Shown in pieces: positions 19,751 through 30,161 of a DNA stretch of 64,000 nucleotides (the stretch's first letter is position 1; every line of letters starts with the position of its first letter). Position numbers and translations under genes: made by a program. The stretch lies in assembly GCA_018238155.1 (NCBI GenBank), contig JABCTZ010000012.1:1-64000 (forward strand). The letters run 5' to 3'. The notes below the pieces were generated by a model, which was not told where the DNA came from, did not search any database, and was given only the letters and a program-made list of their open reading frames with translations. The stretch comes from Candidatus Heimdallarchaeota archaeon. Its GTDB lineage: Archaea; Asgardarchaeota; Heimdallarchaeia; JABLTI01.

Positions 19751-20839
19751 CTATGACATCCACCTTCTACTTTTAGCTCTATTTAACATCAGCAAAATTT
19801 TGTGAGGAATTTTTGGTCGTACAAAATATTCTAACCAACCAGAACCTACAAATGGTTTTTGGTTTGCTGAATGCCCTTGAAAAGACACAAAAGAGCGAAC
19901 ATACATTATCAAATTACTTAGTACTTTTTCAAAAACCATTGACACGACAAACTCAGAGTTGTCTGATATAACTGAAACTTCATGGGGAATTTTAATGAGC
20001 CCCGTTCTTTTCCAGTTAGTTGGTGAGATATCAAATTCATAATAGAACTTTGGTTCTTTTTCTTTATCTTGTCGTGTGAAAAGAAAGCTAAGACAACCAC
20101 GATAGTTTTTCGTAGGAAGAACCCTAACAAAGATCATTGCTCGATCCTTACTATAGATGCGCCCCCAGTGCCATTGCAGATGAGTTTCAAGCATATCAGC
20201 TGTCCCCCAAGTGTGGTCATGGTATCCTGTTCCCTCAAGGGTAGTAGCCTGATCCTTAAGATTAATAGTTCCTTTAGCATGAAATAATGGAGCGGGAAAA
20301 ATTGCCGCAGAAAATTTCTTTGGGTCATGAATATGCCGAAAGTAGATACCATCTTCTCCAATTTTAAACCCTTGACAAAGGGGTCGGATGATAAAACTGG
20401 CTTTCAAATTGGGAATATCTACATTAATTCGATATTCTTCAATTTGTTGGTCGGAATTCCCTACAATTAAAATAGAGCTCTTACCAAAATGAATTTTCAT
20501 TTCATTTGTATCTGCTCTTTCCTCAATACGAAAATCACTTTCAGATAATAAATGGATTTTATTCCAATGCTTCTTTTCGTTTTTGATTTCAATATGTAAG
20601 TGTGGTTTTGATTTGTGAGCGGTGGGATCTCGTCTTTTGAATAAAATTACGAAAGAATCGCCATTTTCTGCTTCAACATCAAAATACCACCATTCAAAAG
20701 AAGCAGAATAGGTGAGAATATGTTCAGTTGTGATTTTAGGAAAATCATCTCTAAAACTAGTGAATAAAATTTCTGTTTGAAGAGCATCAGTACGAACAAA
20801 ATCAGATTTTTCCATGGTTTTTTCATTCATTTGAATCAT
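19751..20839 (-). CDS. AttH/CrtC-like (lipocalin-like hydratase/cyclase fold) protein
   Basis: EWWYFD, GYHDHTWG, WHWG and GWLE motifs. Confidence 0.7.
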   Translation of the reverse strand: MIQMNEKTMEKSDFVRTDALQTEILFTSFRDDFPKITTEHILTYSASFEWWYFDVEAENGDSFVILFKRRDPTAHKSKPHLHIEIKNEKKHWNKIHLLSESDFRIEERADTNEMKIHFGKSSILIVGNSDQQIEEYRINVDIPNLKASFIIRPLCQGFKIGEDGIYFRHIHDPKKFSAAIFPAPLFHAKGTINLKDQATTLEGTGYHDHTWGTADMLETHLQWHWGRIYSKDRAMIFVRVLPTKNYRGCLSFLFTRQDKEKEPKFYYEFDISPTNWKRTGLIKIPHEVSVISDNSEFVVSMVFEKVLSNLIMYVRSFVSFQGHSANQKPFVGSGWLEYFVRPKIPHKILLMLNRAKSRRWMS

Positions 20840-20999
20840 TCTTTTTAAGATGCTAAATTTTAAAAGGGTTTTCTATATCAAAGCACAACCTTTGAATGAG
20901 CATCAGATTTCTTTTCCATAAAGGGAGATTTTATTCAAAAGAAGAAATGTTTATCGAAAAATATACTGAAGAAGAATAGAATAAAAGGGTGAAATAAAA

Positions 21000-21076
21000 T
21001 GGTGGGCGGGGCCGGATTTGAACCAGCGACCTTCTGCTAGTAAGGCAGACGTCATTCCGAGCTAGACCACCCGCCC
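21000..21076 (-). tRNA. tRNA-Val(TAC) with encoded CCA
   Basis: Minus strand folds as a cloverleaf: GGGCGGG acceptor stem, TCTGC-CTTACTA-GCAGA anticodon arm, GCTGG-TTCAAAT-CCGGC T arm, ACCA end. Confidence 0.93.
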
Positions 21077-21574
21077 TGGTGGTTGTTCTTTTACGTTCCT
21101 TTTTACCTTTTAATTATTCCGTTTAGTAAAAAATATCAAGAACAAAAAAAAACAGAATTACTTTCAGAAATTATTAATGCAGATGAAGTTGTTTGGCGAT
21201 TAGAAAACAAGTTAAAAAAGAGGAATTTATACTTTCCTTAGTGTTGTCTTTTGATGGTTATCGGATGTGAAAAAAAGGTTGGAAATAAATGAATTAATCT
21301 TCATAGTATGTTTGGTAGCTCTATTATGGCAGTTCCTCTTCTATTGAATGCTGTTTGGAGTTATTATTATATAATTAAAGCAGTTAACTACTGGTTTCAA
21401 ATAACTTATAGTGGTGAATGACTAGAGGAGGTTGGTAGATTTTCCAATATTGTAGAATAGAGTTAAAATGTTGCTGCATTTGAGTTACATCAGTTATCAA
21501 CTTTTCTAAAAATTCTTTGGGTAAAAACTCGATAGTTTTATATATTCTATTAGATAAATTAACATTAACATTCA

Positions 21575-22138
21575 TTGAAAAAGGATGGGGAAATAATGAG
21601 AAAGAGAACAAAATTTCTTATAGTTTCACTTATGTTATTAGCTAATTTCGTTTTATTAGCATGTTCTAGTAACATAACTGACTCAAGTACAAAGACAATG
21701 AAAACTGCATATCTTCGAATTACTAAAATTGAAGTCACCAATGACTTCAATGCAGGTGTTTTAACTCAATATGAGTACAGATTTGCAACCGAATTCAGAC
21801 GACTCTTTACAAATTACGGAGAGAGATTGATTAACTCTGATTATGAATATAATAATTGGGGTCGAACCTACTATACTTATCCTGATAGAATCAATGGTAG
21901 ATTCACTGGTGTATTAGTTAAAGACTTGAATCTTCCAACGAGTTATACAATACCATTAAGCAATTCTGGTTTTGAATTCTTCTTAGCAGTAAGAGTTAAG
22001 AGAATTGGTGGTGTGTACTATACAAACGGATTTTACCTTGGAAACTCTGATAACCAATACAATCAAGAATACACAACTTGTTCAATAAGTAGACATGGTG
22101 GAACCTACAAGATTAGTTATATGTTTATCTTGACTTAG
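21575..22138 (+). CDS. Secreted or lipoprotein-like hypothetical protein
   Basis: Basic N-terminus, hydrophobic core, LLAC; Tyr/Asn/Gly-rich mature region. Likely start at MRKR. Confidence 0.7.
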   Translation: MKKDGEIMRKRTKFLIVSLMLLANFVLLACSSNITDSSTKTMKTAYLRITKIEVTNDFNAGVLTQYEYRFATEFRRLFTNYGERLINSDYEYNNWGRTYYTYPDRINGRFTGVLVKDLNLPTSYTIPLSNSGFEFFLAVRVKRIGGVYYTNGFYLGNSDNQYNQEYTTCSISRHGGTYKISYMFILT

Positions 22139-22179
22139 TATCTTTACTAAGTTTTTTTTTTAAAAAATAAAATTTAAAA

Positions 22180-24906
22180 TTGAAGGTGAGAAGAACGATG
22201 TTAGCTAAGTATCGAATTAAATCCCGCTCTCAGGAATTATTAAAAGTAGCTTTAATTGTTACTTTATTATCATTTTCAATTACTCTTGTACATTTTCTTC
22301 CACAGCTAATAACTCCCCAGATACTAAATAAGAATCTTTCAAAATTGACATTTGGAGAAATAGATGTTGATGATTTACAAGAAAACCATTTTGATTTTGT
22401 TTTTGAAGGAACTACCAATAACTTCTCAGTAATTGAAAATTTTAATAACACACTTAAACAGGCTTCAATTTCCACATATAATCAATTCTGTCCAAAATCA
22501 TCATTTCATGGTTTTTATGATGTTGTGGTTGAGAGGAGTTCCAATTCGACAAACTGGCTCTTAGTTGGTACATCTCATGCTATTTTCAGTAATATAGTTA
22601 ATAATATTCTAAATAAAACATCTATTGATGGTGCACTTATTATTACAAGTAACCTTACAATAATTACAGGTTTATATAATTTTAATGTACGCGAAGAATC
22701 CTTCAATTTATCCATTAGCAATAATCTTTCTTTGGATATTTTTCGGAATCATGAACAGATATTATCCGAATATCTCTTTAGTGGACCTTATACCGGTATC
22801 GAGAATATTGTTCTACTTCCTGTTCAAACATTGGACAATCTTTACCGATCTACATTAGAATTAGATCAAAATTTCAAATATAACATCTTTGGATATCTCT
22901 CTGTAGATGAATCACAAAAATCTGAACTGTATTGGTCTGTTGACAAACAATATAAAAAGAAACTGTTTCAAAGGACGATAATTTCGAATCTTCAAAAAAT
23001 TGATTCAAAAGTTAATGTTATTTTTACTATCTCAAGTGGTGTTAATAGTTATGATATACAAGCAGATATTCTAATCAATTTGGTTTATTCAATTGTCCGA
23101 TGTATGCAACTTGTTGTTTGGATAATATCTCTTGTTATTATGTTTATTTCAATAACTAAATTACAGGAACTTAATAAGTATCAAGAACTAAATCAACTTC
23201 TAGTAGGTCAGTCATGGAAAGGACGAATTGGCGGTATTCTGATTGATAGTCTCTTATTATGTGGAACTTCAACAATAATTACAGCAATGCTATTCTTTCC
23301 ATTAATGTATTCCCAAAATCTTCTTTCTATGCAATTCCAATTCACAATTGATCTATTATTTCAGTTCATTCTTCTCCAAGTTCTTCAATTAGTTATAATC
23401 TTATGTTCATTTCTAGCATATGAGTTCCATTTGAGAAAGATTCAAAACTCAAAGATAGCTTATGATACAAAATACCAATTTTCAAAAGATAAATTCATAA
23501 GAATTATATTTGCTTGTTGTGTATCTTTGCTTATCCTTAATATCTTCCTTCAAGATAAATATTGGGTTTTCTTAATAATGTTTTTTGGTGTTTTACTAAC
23601 AAGTCTTTTTATTAGTGGGATTTTATATTTTATTTTATTGGTAGTCATCACACTAAGCGAAAAATTAAATTTCCTCTATTTGAAATGGAAGGATAAACCA
23701 CTTAGTTCAATAAGCTGTTTGTTTATTTTATGGAAGAAAAAGTTTAAACGAAAAAATTTCTTATTTCTATTTCTATTTACTCTGATATCATCAACATTCA
23801 TTTACTCAAATGCTACTGCAGATATTAACAAAACAAATTGTCTATTTGATTTAGGTGGAGAGATAAATTTAACAATATATGGGAATGCTACCAACCAAGT
23901 AATACCTGCTTTATCTTCGTATGATAATATTGAAAGTTTTACCATTAAGAAATTTTCATTTCAAAAGAGCAATGGAACAGGTTTCTTCAATTATGGTATA
24001 ATTGAAAACAAGCTTCATGTAATTAATAGATCAGATTTTTCTGGAAGTGAAATATTTAGTGTAAAAGGAATTGATTTTCAAGACTATTTTGAACACTACT
24101 CCAATTGGAATAAGAAAAACTGGTTAGATGGGGTTACTTCATCTCAATTAGATAATCGCTCTATCCTTCTAAGTAATAAACTTAGATCAGAGGGTTTTAG
24201 TAAAGGTGATAATTTACTGATAAACAATGATTCATTGATAGTAGCTGGCTTCTTTCAAACATTACCAAGTATTGGAACACAATCAACTAGTGACTATTTT
24301 AGTACGATAATATGTGACATATCTGTACTAACAAATTGGTTCCAATCTAATAACATAAATAATGATTTTGCATCCTTTATTATAAGGACATCAACAGAAA
24401 CAACATTAGAAACCATTGAGTATCTAAATACTAGACTTTCATCCCAAAAATTTGAACTGAGTTATCTTGATCCAGAAATTTACTCTAGTGTAAATACCAT
24501 TTTTCTGAAACCACTTGCGATTTGTTTTGAAGCATTTATTCTGATTTTTCTTGCTTTAATCCTTTTCTCATTAATGAGAATAAAGAATCAAAGTGGAGAA
24601 GTCTTATCATTAAGCTTAATTGCAATTAGAAAAAATTACCGGAAACCATTCTGGAATTATTCTTTGATAGAAAATGGAGCTATTCTATTGTTTGGTTCAA
24701 TAATCTTCTTTATCTTCAATATAGCCGCTTATAGACTTCAAGCGATGGTATTAATTAGTGAATCATTTTTCGTTTCTGGAAATACTATCCAGAATTATGC
24801 ATTTCTATTCGTTGGATATTTCATATTATTATTAATCCAACAAATAGCTATTTTCCTTGGTATTCGAAAACTTGATCTTGCTATGATATTTCGTCATCCT
24901 GAATAA
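22180..24906 (+). CDS. FtsX/MacB-like ABC transporter permease
   Basis: 908 aa with two large extracellular regions and two TM clusters; C-terminal LDLAMIFRHPE; precedes two ABC ATPases. Confidence 0.7.
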   Translation: MKVRRTMLAKYRIKSRSQELLKVALIVTLLSFSITLVHFLPQLITPQILNKNLSKLTFGEIDVDDLQENHFDFVFEGTTNNFSVIENFNNTLKQASISTYNQFCPKSSFHGFYDVVVERSSNSTNWLLVGTSHAIFSNIVNNILNKTSIDGALIITSNLTIITGLYNFNVREESFNLSISNNLSLDIFRNHEQILSEYLFSGPYTGIENIVLLPVQTLDNLYRSTLELDQNFKYNIFGYLSVDESQKSELYWSVDKQYKKKLFQRTIISNLQKIDSKVNVIFTISSGVNSYDIQADILINLVYSIVRCMQLVVWIISLVIMFISITKLQELNKYQELNQLLVGQSWKGRIGGILIDSLLLCGTSTIITAMLFFPLMYSQNLLSMQFQFTIDLLFQFILLQVLQLVIILCSFLAYEFHLRKIQNSKIAYDTKYQFSKDKFIRIIFACCVSLLILNIFLQDKYWVFLIMFFGVLLTSLFISGILYFILLVVITLSEKLNFLYLKWKDKPLSSISCLFILWKKKFKRKNFLFLFLFTLISSTFIYSNATADINKTNCLFDLGGEINLTIYGNATNQVIPALSSYDNIESFTIKKFSFQKSNGTGFFNYGIIENKLHVINRSDFSGSEIFSVKGIDFQDYFEHYSNWNKKNWLDGVTSSQLDNRSILLSNKLRSEGFSKGDNLLINNDSLIVAGFFQTLPSIGTQSTSDYFSTIICDISVLTNWFQSNNINNDFASFIIRTSTETTLETIEYLNTRLSSQKFELSYLDPEIYSSVNTIFLKPLAICFEAFILIFLALILFSLMRIKNQSGEVLSLSLIAIRKNYRKPFWNYSLIENGAILLFGSIIFFIFNIAAYRLQAMVLISESFFVSGNTIQNYAFLFVGYFILLLIQQIAIFLGIRKLDLAMIFRHPE

Positions 24907-24917
24907 GAAATCTTGGT

Positions 24918-25640
24918 GTGTATAATATGAAAACAAATAATGCTAATCATAAGCTCTCAATAAATGAATTAACTAAAATATTCCCACATCCATCAAAACC
25001 TAACACGAATATTCCAATTCTTGCAAATGTTTCTCTTAATATGGATGCCAAGAGACTAAATTTCCTAATTGGTCCCTCAGGTTCAGGAAAAACTACTTTA
25101 TTCAGAATTTTATTAAAAATCGAGGTAATAAATGCTGGGGAAATCCACTTTGATGATCAGATTATTCATTATCTCTCACATAAGCTAAGGACGAAATATC
25201 TACAATCAGTTGGATTTATGGATCAATTCCCTGCAAGATATTTGTTAAAACGTTTAACTGTACAAGAGAATTTGGATTATGTTCTATTATTGCGTTCTAC
25301 CTTGAATTCTAACGAACGGCAAGAACGAATTCAATCAATAATAAAAGAGCTCAATATCACAGATTTCTCTGAACAAAAAGTGCAGACACTCTCAGGAGGA
25401 GAATTACGACGATTAGGTTTAGCTTGTACGATTATCTCTAAACCTGATTTATTACTTTTGGATGAACCTACTGCACAATTAGATGTTGAAAACAAGAAAC
25501 TTGTTATGAATACCATAAATAAATTATTTTCGATTTATAAACCCTTGATCATTATTACAACACATGATCAAAGTATAATTGAAGAAAAAAGTGCTGTTTA
25601 TGAAATTAAAAATAGGAGGATAGAATTATTATGCTTGTAA
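24918..25640 (+). CDS. ABC transporter ATP-binding protein (LolD/FtsE-like)
   Basis: GPSGSGKT, LSGGE, LLLDEPT, TTHD. Confidence 0.92.
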   Translation: MYNMKTNNANHKLSINELTKIFPHPSKPNTNIPILANVSLNMDAKRLNFLIGPSGSGKTTLFRILLKIEVINAGEIHFDDQIIHYLSHKLRTKYLQSVGFMDQFPARYLLKRLTVQENLDYVLLLRSTLNSNERQERIQSIIKELNITDFSEQKVQTLSGGELRRLGLACTIISKPDLLLLDEPTAQLDVENKKLVMNTINKLFSIYKPLIIITTHDQSIIEEKSAVYEIKNRRIELLCL

Positions 25641-26299
25641 ATTTAAAAGACATTCATTACTCAATAACAGATAAAAATCGACAAATTGAATTAGAAATTC
25701 TAAGTGGTATTGATTTACAATTACATAAAGGAGAATGTTGCTTTATATCCGGACCATCAGGTTCAGGGAAAACAACTTTACTTCATATTATAGGTGCTCT
25801 TCTTCATCCTTTCCTAGGAACTCGAACATTGTTTTCAAAACAAATTGATAATAATTCTTCATTTGGTGAAATTCTAGAAATACGAAATAAAATTGGTTAC
25901 TTAATGCAAACTTCATATTTACCTTCAGAAATTACTATACAAAAATATATACAAATCCAAACCAGCCTTGCAGGACTAGGTTTAAGAACAGCTAAAAAAA
26001 AATACAAAGAATTAATGGAATTTCTCTCCATAGATCAATTTATGAAAATGAAACCAAGTTCTTTAAGTGGTGGAGAAAGACAAAGAGTTGCTCTAGCAAG
26101 TGTTTTACTTCAAAATAACCAGCTTTTATTACTAGATGAGCCAACAGGTTCCCTGGATCAAAAATCAAAAGAAGTAGTTTGGAAACTCATAGATGAATTA
26201 CGTACAAAAAATCATACTATTTTAATTGTCAGTCATGATTTAACGTTTAAGAATTACTCTGACAGTTCTTATGAATTGCGAAATGGCAAACTTCACTAA
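25631..26299 (+). CDS. ABC transporter ATP-binding protein (LolD-like)
   Basis: GPSGSGKT, LSGGERQR, DEPTGSLD, VSHD; overlaps the previous gene. Confidence 0.92.
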   Translation: MLVNLKDIHYSITDKNRQIELEILSGIDLQLHKGECCFISGPSGSGKTTLLHIIGALLHPFLGTRTLFSKQIDNNSSFGEILEIRNKIGYLMQTSYLPSEITIQKYIQIQTSLAGLGLRTAKKKYKELMEFLSIDQFMKMKPSSLSGGERQRVALASVLLQNNQLLLLDEPTGSLDQKSKEVVWKLIDELRTKNHTILIVSHDLTFKNYSDSSYELRNGKLH

Positions 26300-26392
26300 A
26301 TAGAATCCAAAATAGCTTTCTTGACAATTCTCCGGGTTTTAAATAGTCTCTTTCAGTATATACTAGTGAACTATTTTGTTAGCTCTGATTAG

Positions 26393-27319
26393 GTGAGAAC
26401 CATTTTAACAAAACAGCAAGTCAATACTTCCATAAACAAAGCACATCCCGATGCAGACATTATTACTATCGGTTGTGAGGATCAATTACAAAAAAGGAAC
26501 CGTCTTAAAGGTCTTGCTATGCAAAAACTCGTCCTTGAAGTTATGTCTGCTCGAAAAAATGATGATTCTATAGCCAAAATTTCTGCTGTTCTTTCCACTC
26601 AAGGTACCAATTATTTCATCGTTGATATTCCCTTCAAAATTAACAAAGACTCTTTATTCCGAAAATGGGAGTACTTTCATTGTAACGATCTCGACGATTA
26701 TTTAGAAATCTGGGTTCGTGAAGAAATTTTTGATAAAACATGGAAAATCTGTAGTTTCTGTGGGCTACGAATTCGTGCTGGTGAACAATTCTCCCGTAAA
26801 TGCAAGAAGTGCAAAAAGGGTTGGTATCATTTTGCTTCTGAAAAGCTTCCCTCCTGGAAAGTCCTTACACTTGGTCCCAAAGATCGCATGGTGAATCTTC
26901 TTTTGGAAAAGGGTTTTATCAAACCTGCTCCAATCAAGAAGCGCCTTGATTTCTTCCGTTATTCTAAAGGTGTTTTTGAAATCTACGAAGCTCGGAACAA
27001 AGAATCTACCGGTTTAACCACTATGGATCTTCGTAAGACATTGATCTATCCTTTCATTATACACAATAGCGGCTATAAAGTTGAAAAGTTCATTTTAGTT
27101 TATAATGGTCATCTCACTGATGAACTTCTTCGTGAGATTCGAAAGGGGTATGGTCGTAATTTTCCCTTTAAAATCGAGCTTCGCCCTGTTGGTGACTATC
27201 TTCGAAAAAATGGTTTGAAAATTAAAGCTGTCCGTGTTCTCAACGACAATGGTCATTATGATTACAAGCTTGTTAAGGGTTTCAAAAATAAAATAATCAT
27301 TGATTTGACAGAGGCTTAG
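26393..27319 (+). CDS. Zn-ribbon protein with a putative PD-(D/E)xK nuclease domain
   Basis: CSFC...CKKC; RLDFF...IYEARN, followed by a helix with a Tyr and a beta strand. Confidence 0.5.
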   Translation: MRTILTKQQVNTSINKAHPDADIITIGCEDQLQKRNRLKGLAMQKLVLEVMSARKNDDSIAKISAVLSTQGTNYFIVDIPFKINKDSLFRKWEYFHCNDLDDYLEIWVREEIFDKTWKICSFCGLRIRAGEQFSRKCKKCKKGWYHFASEKLPSWKVLTLGPKDRMVNLLLEKGFIKPAPIKKRLDFFRYSKGVFEIYEARNKESTGLTTMDLRKTLIYPFIIHNSGYKVEKFILVYNGHLTDELLREIRKGYGRNFPFKIELRPVGDYLRKNGLKIKAVRVLNDNGHYDYKLVKGFKNKIIIDLTEA

Positions 27320-27356
27320 GGGAAAAATATTGGAGGTTGACATGCAACCTCACTAT

Positions 27357-28541
27357 TCATTTTTTGAGTGTTAGTAACCATTCGAGAAGGTTTAGTACTT
27401 TGATTTTTGGTTCTGGAGCGGGAGGTGGTTCATCGAAATCGAAGTCGTCGTCATCTATCTCTTGTTCATCTCGAGCGATTACACTGGCACCTTTTTGTAA
27501 TGTTAGCTCACATGTTGGACAGAACGTTAGAATGATATCTGCCCCTTCTTTTTCTGCTTCTCGGTATCTTTTCTTAGAAATTTCAATGGCTATTTCGGGG
27601 TATGCCATTAGCATCCCTGACCCTGCACCACAGCAATGACTGTCAAGTCCATGATTTTCCATTTCAACGAATTCGATATTTTTCACTGCTTGAATGATTT
27701 CTCGAGGTTCATCAAGAATACCACCGAATCGACCGAGATGGCATGGGTCATGCCAAGTTACCTTGACTTTCTTTTTACTCTCAAATTTCAGTTTACCATC
27801 TTTCACAAGTTGATGTAGTTTGGTTATGAAGTGAATTGGTTTTGCTTTTAGTACATCTGAGTAATTTTCTTCAAGCATTCTGTAACATGTTGGGCAGCCT
27901 GTAACAATTTCTTTTGCTTTGGTTTTATTTAGAATAGCAACTATTCCTTTCTTTTTCTCTTCGAATTCTTTCAAGTATCCTGTGTCATACAGCAGATTAT
28001 TGCAGCATGGTTCTTCTTCGCCAAGATAATTGACATCTCCCAACAATTCAGCCATATCGATGAGTGTTTTCTGATCTGTTAACGAGTATGTGCATCCTCC
28101 AAAAAGAAGTGTTTTACTCTTTTTGTTTGATTTAATTTCAGGTACAATCCTCTTTTCTGGTTTCTGTTTGAATGGGTTGCCAAAAGTTTCGATTGATTCT
28201 CTTCCGTTCTCTAGGTATCTGTCTGTAAATCCTTTGTCAATCATATCTGCTTTGAAATCACGGAAAATAATTGTATTATCTAATGCACAGTTCTTTTCGC
28301 AATACCCACATAAAAGGCAAGTGTTCGCTAGTTTCATGACTTCCTCGTTAACTTCTATGGTGCCCTCTACTATTCCACGTGCGACGAGGTTTCTCCCTCG
28401 AGATGTGTAAGTTTCCATACGTGTGACTTCATAAACTGGGCACTTTTGAGTACAGAAACCGCATCTAGTTCGGTTGCAGGTATAAATTTCATCAATGTGT
28501 TCTTTTGTTCTCGGTAGTTCGTCCATAAGTATTCGCTCCAT
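27357..28541 (-). CDS. Fe-S oxidoreductase with CCG domains (GlcF/GlpC-like)
   Basis: CGFCTQKCP, CLLCGYCEKNC, FGGC, WHDPCHLGR, CCGAG. Confidence 0.9.
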   Translation of the reverse strand: MERILMDELPRTKEHIDEIYTCNRTRCGFCTQKCPVYEVTRMETYTSRGRNLVARGIVEGTIEVNEEVMKLANTCLLCGYCEKNCALDNTIIFRDFKADMIDKGFTDRYLENGRESIETFGNPFKQKPEKRIVPEIKSNKKSKTLLFGGCTYSLTDQKTLIDMAELLGDVNYLGEEEPCCNNLLYDTGYLKEFEEKKKGIVAILNKTKAKEIVTGCPTCYRMLEENYSDVLKAKPIHFITKLHQLVKDGKLKFESKKKVKVTWHDPCHLGRFGGILDEPREIIQAVKNIEFVEMENHGLDSHCCGAGSGMLMAYPEIAIEISKKRYREAEKEGADIILTFCPTCELTLQKGASVIARDEQEIDDDDFDFDEPPPAPEPKIKVLNLLEWLLTLKK

Positions 28542-30026
28542 TTACTCCTTGTATCCGAACATTTTAATTGGAAATTTTTTCCCTGGATTCATGATTCCAT
28601 TTGGATCAAAAACTTGTTTAATCTTGAACATATATTCGTATGCTTCTTGGTGTTCCAATTCTCCTATCCAGGGCGTTTTAAATTCTGAGTCACCAATGTA
28701 CGTAGCGCTTGTTCCTCCCATTTCAATTGCTGCTTCGCTCATTTCTCGAACATATGAATAGAATCCTTGAATATTCTCTGGATCCTTGTCGTCTACAAAA
28801 ACAGCAAAACTGATACTCGGGCTTAACCTGTTTGGTCTCTCGTGGTATACACACATTCCAAGTATTTGTTGATTATATTTGGTCGCTATTTCGATGAATT
28901 TATCGTATCCTTCTTCAATACGCCCTATTGGGAATCCGCAGTCTACTGCACCAAATTTTTTCTCTCTTTGTGAATCTGGCCATTTCTGTTTGAACGGGGT
29001 AAAATTGACGGTATATTTCGATGCCCACCATCCATCTGTGATTTCCACTTCTTTTACTAATAGTCCTTTATTCTTCTCACAAATTTTAATGGCATAATCT
29101 CGGTTGAACTTGATAATTTCATCAGTATCTTCTGCAGTTGCAAATGAAATTCCTAGCAGTGCTTCTGACCATTCTGGGATTTCAGGTTCATGTCCATGTT
29201 TTTCTTTATAGGAGTGAGTGTAAAATCTTAACCTTTGTTTGCAATTGATGTGTGCAGATTCAAGTGCAAGTCCCGCATGCATGATATCTCTAATCGCATA
29301 CATTGAATCGTTTAGGGACGGAAAGACAATCATATCTACAAGTCTGTTTTTTTGGACAGGAATAAGCTTGACCGTTGCTTCTGTAACAATGCCTAGCGTT
29401 CCTTCTGAACCCACTAGGAGCCAATTTAGCTGGTACCCTGAATTTGAACACATTGCTTTTCTTCGACCTGCTCGAACGATTTTTCCTTCTCCGGTTACTA
29501 TTACTGCATTTGAAAGGTGATCAACCATTCTTCCATGTCTAATACCAAAAGTCGAATCATTATTGCAAGCAATTGAAGCTCCTACTGTGACTGCTTTTTT
29601 GCTTTCAGGTTCATGAGGTAAATAGAGTCCATGTCTTTTCGCTTCTTGATTTAGGTCCCACAGTGTTATTCCAGCTTGCACAGTTGCAGTCATATTTTCA
29701 ACATCAATTTCAAGAACTTTATTCAATCCTTTTGTTTCAAAAGCAATGCCGCCATAAATTGGTACCGCTCCTCCACCCATTCCAGTAAGTCCCCCCATTG
29801 GTGTTACTGGGATTCGGTGTTTATTTGCTATGGAAACAATTTTTGCTACTTCTTCTGTCGTTCTCGGGCGAACTACAACATCAGGTAAAGTAGTATTCTT
29901 GTCATCTCTTGGTGACCAATCTCGTGAATAAGCCATCCGATGTGTTTTTTCGTCAAAGATTACGTCTTTTCCTACTGCATCCTTTAACTCTTGGACAATT
30001 TCAGGTGATATTTTGCCGAATTTCAT
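28542..30026 (-). CDS. FAD-linked 2-hydroxyacid oxidoreductase (GlcD-like)
   Basis: VVVRP, GGLTGMGGG, GSEGTLGIVT, FDPNGIMNPGK; abuts the Fe-S partner. Confidence 0.9.
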   Translation of the reverse strand: MKFGKISPEIVQELKDAVGKDVIFDEKTHRMAYSRDWSPRDDKNTTLPDVVVRPRTTEEVAKIVSIANKHRIPVTPMGGLTGMGGGAVPIYGGIAFETKGLNKVLEIDVENMTATVQAGITLWDLNQEAKRHGLYLPHEPESKKAVTVGASIACNNDSTFGIRHGRMVDHLSNAVIVTGEGKIVRAGRRKAMCSNSGYQLNWLLVGSEGTLGIVTEATVKLIPVQKNRLVDMIVFPSLNDSMYAIRDIMHAGLALESAHINCKQRLRFYTHSYKEKHGHEPEIPEWSEALLGISFATAEDTDEIIKFNRDYAIKICEKNKGLLVKEVEITDGWWASKYTVNFTPFKQKWPDSQREKKFGAVDCGFPIGRIEEGYDKFIEIATKYNQQILGMCVYHERPNRLSPSISFAVFVDDKDPENIQGFYSYVREMSEAAIEMGGTSATYIGDSEFKTPWIGELEHQEAYEYMFKIKQVFDPNGIMNPGKKFPIKMFGYKE

Positions 30027-30161
30027 TGTTCATAACCAAAATATTTGCTATTATTTCTACTCAAAGCTTTAATTCAATTTTAAGATTTTGCATTTAGATT
30101 TTATTAAATGGTATTTGCTCTCCTCACAGCAAATTAGAGAACTGCTATTTTTGAAACGGTT

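Noticed and set aside
21033-21049. Amber suppressor or Pyl tRNA (CTA in the loop)
   Set aside because: The stem register places TAC at positions 34-36; CTA occupies 36-38.
21384-21611. 75-aa minus-strand ORF
   Set aside because: Overlaps the promoter and start of the secreted-protein gene and has no recognisable features.
20840-27330. tRNA-integrated element
   Set aside because: No integrase, no duplicated tRNA 3' end found, and the AT-rich block lies on the 5' side of the tRNA.
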